From assembly GCA_001275005.1 (NCBI GenBank), contig JWZX01003359.1:1-48504 (forward strand): DNA of 48,504 nt, given 5' to 3'. The notes under the pieces were generated by a model. That model searched no databases. It had not been told where the DNA came from and saw nothing but the letters and a program-made list of their open reading frames with translations. This DNA comes from Chrysochromulina tobinii. Taxonomy: Eukaryota. Below, piece by piece: positions 36,240 through 44,182 of this stretch; within the stretch, counting starts at the first letter, position 1, and the number at the start of each line of letters is the position of its first letter. A program made the position numbers and the translations under genes.

Positions 36240-37970
36240 TCCGCGGGGCCGGTCCTCTGCGTTCCTTAAGGTAGTCCGCTCGCACTCATTAGGGTAATTT
36301 TGGAAATCAGCCCTATAAATAAATGAGTGCCAAAGCCCCCGGGGCGGGGGAGGGTGGAGAAAGAATTATGGACCTCGGTGGAGCCAGACAGTGAAAATAA
36401 GCTGGTTCGAGTCTCGGGGGGCACTTCCCGCGCTTGTTTTTTTGGCGAAATTCGGGTTTTGGGCTGGTTTGTCGTTTGTGAACTAGACTAGATTTACTAG
36501 AGTATGGGATTTCAGCAGGCGCAACTAGCTCGACGTGAGATTCGTGAGTTAGATGCGCCGGCGTAACCGGCGGGCGGGGGAAACCATTATGCCATGCATG
36601 TGCCGTGCCCCTTGTGCCGTGCATCTGCATGCAATCCACGAGTACCGGCCCAAATGCATACTGCTGTACTTGCCAAAAAGCAAAATGCATACTGTACTTG
36701 CCAAATCGGGCAGAAAGTACGCCAAAGCGCGTCGCGCATTGTGTCCTGGTCAGCGGCTCCGCCGCGTTTGTCGCGAGTCCCTACGAACAAGCGGAGGGTC
36801 CCGGGTAAATATCTATATCGTACGGAGATCTGCATCTGGTACCGGTAGCCCTAGTGACGAAATCCCCTGGTTGCCTAATAAAGAGATGACGAAACTCTGC
36901 GAGGTCAGTGACGAAACTTCGACGAACCTTTTCCCGCATCTTTAGTGTCTGACACTCCAGTGTGACCCTTCGACTCTCAAACCTCGGCTCGGGGGGTGGG
37001 TCGGATTTTGGTCCGACCTCGGGATTGACCTCGGAGGTCAGCTAGGGGGTCGGACCAAGGGGGCGTGTTTTCCCGGAAACGACACTGGATTTCCTGGACT
37101 TGCTTCAGACCCGACCCGACCCGACCCGACCTCGACCTCGGAGCCCAATTTTCATATCGTATCCCCCGACCCGACCCCCTCCGACCCGACTCCATACTGG
37201 AGAGTGGCGACGCGCTGTGTTGGGCGCTTTTCATATCGGAAGTTAAGGAGGATAAACCCTGAGTTGTTCAAGGTCGACCGTGAAAGGCAATGTATACCTG
37301 CGTCCCAATCTACACCACTATCTGTGTTTCTAAGTCCATAACCTGCAAGCCCAAAATCTATTGCTGCTCTTACTCTCCGTATGAATTTTCGGATGAAGTA
37401 AACAAGACGATAAACTGGTCGCAACACCCACTGCAATACCCCATTAACAAGGACAGGTCGATATTCATATCGTTGCCCCCCCTCACGCTGGGCAAGGTTT
37501 ATGTACAGTGGGCGATTGCGTGCCGTCGCTGGTGGCATAAGTCTTTCACAGTAAGTTCAGAAATTACCGGTGGACGCGTCGTGTTGGGCGCTTTTCATAT
37601 CGGATCATCTTGTACGAGGCGATCCTAGGGTAGCCTGTTGGGCAGTCTGAAAGAGCAATAGAAAACCGTTCACAGGAGGAGGGACTGGCGTCCGTGGTGG
37701 CGATAAACTGTAGGAGGGGAGGGGAGTGGACCGTGGGGGGGAAGGGGGGGCCGCGTGCCGTGCTGCCAGAAGTAGTAAATTGCGCCAACCAGGTTGTCTA
37801 GTTTCCCAAGCGTGTACACTTGCTCCTGGTACGCTTGCTCTATATCTATCGATGACGGGACGCGCGTGACCGCGCGGCGGGGCGTAAGCGCGTAACGAGC
37901 GGAGAGGCAGAGGGAGGTGTGGGTACAGGGTTGAGTTTGTTGATGCGTGATCATTAATCGCGCAATCCGC
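36240..37970. mobile_element. Probable transposon/viral relic region (clustered short repeats, lower GC, no recognisable host gene)
   Basis: AAATGCATACT(GCT)GTACTTGCCAAA x2 (36652-36705); TGACGAAA x3 (36855, 36887, 36909); (CCCGA)n at 37110-37190; 24-bp perfect direct repeat at 37217 and 37581. No transposase seen. Confidence 0.45.
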
Positions 37971-38219
37971 AAATTATGTGAAGGCCCCCTTGGCCTTGCA
38001 AAAGGACGACTTCAAGCGCCTTATCAAGCGTATATCAAGCGCCGTCCGTGCTCGCTGGGCGCAGGGCGGGACTCAGATAACGAAATCACACGCATCAGAC
38101 CGCACGCGCACCACGCTCCCGTCGCCCGTCCCCGCCCCTGGTCCCCGCAGAAGTACAACCCGCGCAAGCGCCCACGGATCTACCACGGATCCGCAAGCAG
38201 TGCCGTCCTCATACCGGCC

Positions 38220-39230
38220 TCATAAAGTACCAGCGAGCGTCTTATACGTGCCAGGCGCAGCACCAGCAGACGCAGGCCGCCACACCTTTGCCACATTGGC
38301 GCATGCGAGGTCATCAAAACTTCCCCAAGTGGTCGCCCACTTGGACGGTCTCTTCGCCTTTAGAGCGGCCTCAACATTCTTGTCCATCTCTTCTATGAAC
38401 GCATCGGCGTCCAGTGAGTGCTTGCCATCGAGGGCCCATGGCGCGAATCTCGAATCCCGAAGGTCAAAGCAAAAGAAGCCCGCAGCTTGTAGATGCTCAA
38501 GCACTTGGCGCGGCTGAGAGCCGGCCTCGCGAAGAAGGCGTGGGGTGAACTCGGTGAACACGTGCGCGACCGTGCGCCTCTCAAACAGGCGTGTTGCTCC
38601 AGCGAGCACCTTGGCCTCGTTGCCCTGGGTGTCCATCTTGAGCAGCCACAAGTCCTCGTCCACAGCATCATCAAGGCGGATGACTGGTACAGGTACACGT
38701 GATGCGTCCTTTTTGCCTAAACGGATGGACGCTTCCACAGAAAGATGCAGCGATGAACTGCCACCAGCACCAACCGTAAAGTTCACGCCGGCAGATGATG
38801 CGTCTGATACCGCAGCTTGATATAGGATCGCGAATCCTGTCGCGTTCTGCCGATGCTTGTATAGGTCCTTGCGCACATTGGTCCACCAATCGGCAGGCGC
38901 AAGTGCGCCAGACACCAGTTGGGCCACAGGTGCATCCATGCGCTGCTCAGGCGCAAGCTTGGTGCGGCAATTGGCCATGTGTGCTGGCGCTGGTTCAAAG
39001 GCATGCACTATGAACCCCTCACGAACAGCGTCGACGACAGCGTTGCAATCGTGCAGGCCGATATCGACAATAACACGACCCGTTGGGTTGATACCGAGGA
39101 TCCAGCTGCGATCAGCGCCGTCGCCATACTTATCTCCGTGATGCAACAGCAGCATCTTTAGGAGGGGAGATACTTGCAGAGGCAACGGGTTTGGCAGCCC
39201 GATGGAGCCCGTATAGGATAAGAGAAGCAT
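38220..39230 (-). CDS. FkbM-family SAM-dependent methyltransferase
   Basis: VIVDIG, VHAFEP, and VIRLDD...LWLLKMDTQGNEAKVLAGA...HVFTEF motifs. 5' end uncertain. Confidence 0.88.
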   Translation of the reverse strand: MLLLSYTGSIGLPNPLPLQVSPLLKMLLLHHGDKYGDGADRSWILGINPTGRVIVDIGLHDCNAVVDAVREGFIVHAFEPAPAHMANCRTKLAPEQRMDAPVAQLVSGALAPADWWTNVRKDLYKHRQNATGFAILYQAAVSDASSAGVNFTVGAGGSSSLHLSVEASIRLGKKDASRVPVPVIRLDDAVDEDLWLLKMDTQGNEAKVLAGATRLFERRTVAHVFTEFTPRLLREAGSQPRQVLEHLQAAGFFCFDLRDSRFAPWALDGKHSLDADAFIEEMDKNVEAALKAKRPSKWATTWGSFDDLACANVAKVWRPASAGAAPGTYKTLAGTL

Positions 39231-39439
39231 CAGGCGTCAGGTACATGTACATTCACCAGTTGGCAGGATGCAGATGTAAAACAGGCGACAGGTTACAATG
39301 ATTGCCAGGAAAAATGCATGCATTAACAGCTTGTGGAAATTCCTTGGCGTGGCGACACGAGAGGAGCGGCGTCATCCATCACGTCTCCTTGCTCATTCAC
39401 ACTTCATAGAACTTGCGTAAAGTACCGGTAGGAACTAGA

Positions 39440-40555
39440 ATGGAAGTCCTTGATCACGCCGAGCCCGGATCACTATGCTGCTGCGAGTACCGCAATCGGC
39501 GCGGCGAACGCGCTCACATTCTGCAGTGCTGCTGCGCGTGCGATGAACTTGACCAGGCTGCCGACCGGCTCTTCCGGGGCCATTTGGTCGGAAAGGACAG
39601 CATCGACGAGGTCCTAAGCGAAATTGACGATCGGCTGCGCGTGCCCGGACTACCCGTGCTCCTCGGTGGTATCGGAGGTGCGTGGCACATTGGCGTAGCT
39701 GGCGCAGCGCCATGGGTTGTACTGCCCGCACTGCTGACCATGGGCGCCATGTCGGCGCGCGGCCTGCTCGTGGCGGCGGTTGCGCTGCTACCATCGCTCT
39801 ACTACTTTCATCGGCGCATGCTGCGGATACGTCGACGCTCATCATCGCTCATGTCGTGGATGCTCGCCTCCATCGCTTACGAAACGCTTGTGTACACGCT
39901 CGTAGCGCGACACGTGGCTGCGGACTCGCCAATCATGCCAGGCACGTTTGTCACACCGCTGGTGGCGACCCTCGTGCTCTTTGCCATCATCAAGCGCACC
40001 GAGCCCACGCTGCTGCGCAGCGACGTGGCCGACGCGTCCGCCGCCTTGTCGCGCGCAGTTCGCTGCGCCGTCTGCGGCACCCATGTGCCACGCTACGATC
40101 ACTACTGTGCGTGGGTGGACGAGCCGATAGGCGCTGCCAACCATCGTGCCTATCTCGGCTTTGTGACTTGCATGCTGCTCACGTGCGCCATCGGCGCATG
40201 GCAGCTGCTCAGCTATGAGGGCAGGCGGTGGTGCACGTGGCAGCGCGTACTCTACGCCAACGAATCCTCGCTCCTGCTCTCGTGCGGCCTGTACGGAGCC
40301 GCCGTCGGCGTTGCCGTGGGCGCGCTGCTTGTGCACCAGTGCTTGCTGATGCTCGCGGGGCGAACGGCTTACGAGGCGAGGCGGGGCGTGCGCAGGGCGC
40401 ACGATGCGCCTGCCACCTCGTGGCTCGTGCACCTGCGCGACTTTCGGCTGCAGACGGCGTCGTTGGCGACGCCCTCCACGTTTGCAGTGTTGCTCCGGTC
40501 GAGGCGTCCGGAGGCTCAGGCTGGTGGCGGAGGCGGAAAGGAAGGGACAGAATGA
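39440..40555 (+). CDS. DHHC-family palmitoyltransferase, ZDHHC23-like, with DHYC motif
   Basis: N-terminal LCCCEYRNRRGERAHILQCCCACDELD resembles the ZDHHC23 N-terminus; multiple TM helices; CAVC...RYDHYCAWVDEPIGAANHRAY; GRTAYE (TTxE-like) motif. Confidence 0.82.
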   Translation: MEVLDHAEPGSLCCCEYRNRRGERAHILQCCCACDELDQAADRLFRGHLVGKDSIDEVLSEIDDRLRVPGLPVLLGGIGGAWHIGVAGAAPWVVLPALLTMGAMSARGLLVAAVALLPSLYYFHRRMLRIRRRSSSLMSWMLASIAYETLVYTLVARHVAADSPIMPGTFVTPLVATLVLFAIIKRTEPTLLRSDVADASAALSRAVRCAVCGTHVPRYDHYCAWVDEPIGAANHRAYLGFVTCMLLTCAIGAWQLLSYEGRRWCTWQRVLYANESSLLLSCGLYGAAVGVAVGALLVHQCLLMLAGRTAYEARRGVRRAHDAPATSWLVHLRDFRLQTASLATPSTFAVLLRSRRPEAQAGGGGGKEGTE

Positions 40556-41097
40556 GGACGGGGTCAGGGCGACACAAATTGTCTCTTGTGTAAATTCGGC
40601 ATCGACGCTCCGTCGTTTCGTGTCTGTAAAGACGGCGCACGTTTGAAAGCGCAAAGCCCTCCCGCTCGCCACCAGCACCCTCCGCACCGGCGCACGGCAG
40701 CCACGATGACATAAAAGACTGAAACTCTGTCGTGTACTCTCCACCGCGGGGCCGCGGGGGGTGGTGGCAACTAAGGCTTTGATAAGGGGTTTCTGAAGTT
40801 TCGCTTTATAGACGAGATACCAATAAGTCGTTCCGCCGCGGTCTCCTAGCGGTCTATCCCCGGCCGTCCGCACGCCCCGTCCGGCTGTCACGATCACGTT
40901 TCCGACGGCAACGCACTCCGTGAAGCGTGATCGCTGATCCGATCATTTTCGTTTTCAATCTCCTTGCGTCTCCTCGTCGGCCTTGGGCGGTTCGTGGTTC
41001 TTAGTGCTGCGCTGCGTAGCCCTCACTTAAACCTCACTCAGAAGTTCAGCCATGAGTTCAGCTCTCTAGCCGTCAGCACCCGCCACCCTCGGCTTCA

Positions 41098-42945
41098 TCA
41101 CATCTTAGAGCACATCTCATTTTCGTGTTCAATCTCATGGCCCTCACTTTGACTCTCAAGGGCAGTCCAGGTTGCGCCCCTTTTGCGCCCATCCTTCTTG
41201 TTCTTCTTCTTCTTCTTGCGCGTACTCCGCGGATCGGCCGACCCTTCTTCATCACTCGCCCATGCTTCCTTCTCCGCCATAGACAACCCCTGCTGCTCAA
41301 GCTTCACCCTCTCAATCCGCTGCAGCACGTGAAGCACGCCTCCGCAGAGCACGATCAGGGCCAACGCACCGACAATCAGCGCTCCACCAGTAGTCGGAAC
41401 GGCCGTGCGCGCCACCATCTGTGCATGCGCGCCCTGTGGCACAGCCCTCGAGGGCACTCCCGAGGATTGACTCAAGGGCGGTCCGGACGAGGGGCGCGGC
41501 ATCATGTTCGGGCACGTCCAATCGCCATGGCTCACGCAGGGACCTGGAGGCATCGGGCGGCACTGCGCAGACGCGCGCCCTGTGCGGCGGAAACAGCCGA
41601 AGGGGTGGCCGTCGCTGACGCTCGGCTCGCAGCATCCCAGCTCGAGCACACCGTGCGGCTGCATGGTGCGCACACAGCTCGCATAGTTGCGTGCGCAGGC
41701 CGACACGGCGGGCGGCGCGGGCGGGGGCGCTTCGGGGCATTGCCACGAGAGGTCCGACTGGCACGGGCCGTCGCGCGGCAACGGCCGACACATTGCGAAT
41801 TGGAGGCCCGGGCGGCGCATGCATGCAAACTGCCGCCCTCCGCTATCGGGACTGCAGCAGCCACGGCTGGCGGCGTGCGTGCCGCTATTTTCCCAGCACG
41901 CCTCATAGTTGCCATGGCAAGCGCCGCCAGCCTCGTGCCCATCGCGAAGGTTGGCGGGCGTGCTCAGTGGCGGCGGCGGCGACGGGGGCGGCGTGTGTGG
42001 ACAGACCCACCCGTCGGCTGGGATGCACGAGCCGTCGTCCCTGGCCCGCCGGCACATCGCATACTGCCCACCGCCTCCGTGCCGCATGCAAGTGAACGGG
42101 TGTCCGAGCGCGTCGGGCAGGCAGCAGAAGAGCGGCGCGTAACGTGGGCCGTAGACCACGCCCGGCATGGCGCCCCAGCAACTCTCAAACGGCTCGACGC
42201 ATGGCTCGTTCATCAACACATCGGGGAAGCCAGGCGACGGCGCCGTCGGTGGGTGCGGCGGCGACGGCGCGACCGGACGCCGCGGAGGTGGTGGTGAAGG
42301 CACGGACCAGCTTGGGCACAGCCACGAAGACCTGTTGCTTTCCTCACACACCATGTGAAAACGGGCGCCCACGTACACTTTCTTCGTGAACATCCCACCC
42401 ATGCCCGCAGCCTTGAAGCGGCATTGAGTGCCATTCACGCCGAACACAAAAGAGGGGCCCTGGGAGGGCTTTCTCTTGTAGCACGCAAAGTTGCCTTCCG
42501 CGCAGCACTGCGTCCGGTCACAAAATTGCCAGGATGGAGTGCACGGCGGGCTAGGAGGCTGCCTGGGCGGGCTGGGTGACTGTGGCGGTGACGGCGGTAA
42601 TGGTGACGGCTCGATCCAATCATCGGGGCAGGTCCACGTGTCATCGCTCACGCATCTGTCAGCCGTCGGAAACGGGCGGCATTGCGAGAATCTGCGCCCG
42701 GTGCGCTTAAAGCAACCGTCCGACGGCTTGATGCAGCATGATCCGATGAATCCTTGAGCGCACGCCTCGAAGGTGTTTGCACAGTGCTGCGGCCCAAAGG
42801 GAGGCAGCGGTGGAGCGGGCGGTGGCTTGCACACATCGCAGCCGCCGCACTGGCTCCCGCCGTACTTGTTGCGCTCGTCGCATGAGTATTGAGAGCACCA
42901 ATTTTGGCACTGACCAGTCGACACAATTGTCAAGAAGACGGCCAT
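41098..42945 (-). CDS. Type I membrane/surface protein with five 8-Cys repeats (CBM1-like) separated by Pro-rich linkers
   Basis: Five copies of C-x6-C-xn-CC-xn-C-x-R-xn-C-R-xn-C-xn-W-x-CP; TM ALIVGALALIVLCGGVL near the C-terminus; short charged cytosolic tail. Confidence 0.8.
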   Translation of the reverse strand: MAVFLTIVSTGQCQNWCSQYSCDERNKYGGSQCGGCDVCKPPPAPPLPPFGPQHCANTFEACAQGFIGSCCIKPSDGCFKRTGRRFSQCRPFPTADRCVSDDTWTCPDDWIEPSPLPPSPPQSPSPPRQPPSPPCTPSWQFCDRTQCCAEGNFACYKRKPSQGPSFVFGVNGTQCRFKAAGMGGMFTKKVYVGARFHMVCEESNRSSWLCPSWSVPSPPPPRRPVAPSPPHPPTAPSPGFPDVLMNEPCVEPFESCWGAMPGVVYGPRYAPLFCCLPDALGHPFTCMRHGGGGQYAMCRRARDDGSCIPADGWVCPHTPPPSPPPPLSTPANLRDGHEAGGACHGNYEACWENSGTHAASRGCCSPDSGGRQFACMRRPGLQFAMCRPLPRDGPCQSDLSWQCPEAPPPAPPAVSACARNYASCVRTMQPHGVLELGCCEPSVSDGHPFGCFRRTGRASAQCRPMPPGPCVSHGDWTCPNMMPRPSSGPPLSQSSGVPSRAVPQGAHAQMVARTAVPTTGGALIVGALALIVLCGGVLHVLQRIERVKLEQQGLSMAEKEAWASDEEGSADPRSTRKKKKKNKKDGRKRGATWTALESQSEGHEIEHENEMCSKM

Positions 42946-43331
42946 CGCACGAAGCTTTTCGCTGCTGCTTTCGCAAGAGAGCTTGATCTCGTATTTAAAT
43001 CATGATGTGGATGGGACGGGAAACGGTCGCTCGTCAGGCATGCATGCATTGGCAGATTGGCTGGCCAACGACGTCCAACAACACGCACAGACGAGAAAAC
43101 GAATAGGAATACCAAACAACCCACCCCCCGTCGGGAAAGCGGGCGGGGGTTCGAGGCGTGGCCGGTCTAGTTTGTCTTCGTGACACTCAACGAGATATTC
43201 CGATGTGGGAGACCCATCAGCATCGGATACGTTCGGGGCCCTTCCACAGATGATTACACGCAGAAGGGAGACGCGAGTTCGTTTCGCAACCATGCCAACA
43301 AAGCCGCCAATCCGCCCTACGTCGTCCTCGG

Positions 43332-44001
43332 TCATCGCAGGCATGCGTACTGTTGGAAGGCGACGGAGGTGAACTCGGGAAGGTTCATGTGCTGCCCCAG
43401 ATGCCTTCTCGGCGTGGAAATTTTGATCTGGCGAATGTGCGTGTCACGGCCATTCTGATGGTTTGCCAGGACAGCCACTTGGATGAAGTGTGCTCGGAGT
43501 GCTGCATCAGGGTCGTCCCCACGCGAGGTTACACTTGTTGGTAGAATTGTGACCCAGCCGCTCGGCTCGTTGAGTTCCTGAACATGAATCTCCTGCAGAT
43601 CGTGGAAAGTGTTCCCCACTCGAATCGAAATCTTGGATGGTGTGTAGCTCTCGTCTGTCGAGTGGGGAGCAGGCATACACGAGCCGTCAGCAGACGAGCA
43701 AGGTGGTTCAGGTTGCCTCACGCACCAAGCTTGAAGTCTGTGTAGATCACGATTTCATGGACACGCATCTTCTTGTGAAACTGAATGTTGATCAAATGTG
43801 GCTGCGGCCCATCGGACCTGCAGGAGTGCGACAAGTGAGCGTGCGCGCCGAGGAAAGGCAGAGGTGGCCTGGCACGCACTGCCAGTACGTCTCGATATTG
43901 TCGTCGCGCAATTGCTCGACACCATTGCCAGGCTTCGCTGTCGAGAGAGACCAGACGGCCATGGCGCCGATTTCGCGTTCCTCGGACGATTTGCTCTCCA
44001 T
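43332..44001 (-). CDS. APC10: Anaphase-promoting complex subunit 10 (APC10/DOC1); join(complement 44001..43880, 43817..43726, 43654..43332), ~178 aa
   Basis: [45 protein letters not shown]...[18 protein letters not shown]...[14 protein letters not shown]...LR C-terminus. Two GT..AG introns (43818-43879, 43655-43725) with branch points restore the frame. Confidence 0.96.
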
Positions 44002-44182
44002 TCGGCTCGTTGTCTGTGAAAACTCGCCGAGAAAAGTGAGACAAGTGTGTAAACAAAGTTGGAAGGGCTCTGTTTGCGCGCATCACATTGCGACTTCAGA
44101 CGGATTCGGGGCGTGAATGTGAAGACCCCTTTCGCCATCATGGGGGCCACACCTAACCGGCTTGTGGAACAACGGCCGCGCG

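Noticed and set aside
36372..36422. tRNA/SINE-like B-box GGTTCGAGTC
   Set aside because: The T-stem does not pair, the spacing is too short and no cloverleaf can be drawn.
24926..39230. Biosynthetic gene cluster made of the GT-like protein, ATP-grasp ligase and FkbM methyltransferase
   Set aside because: The genes are interspersed with unrelated functions, as is normal for a eukaryotic chromosome, and the sequence gives no evidence of co-regulation.
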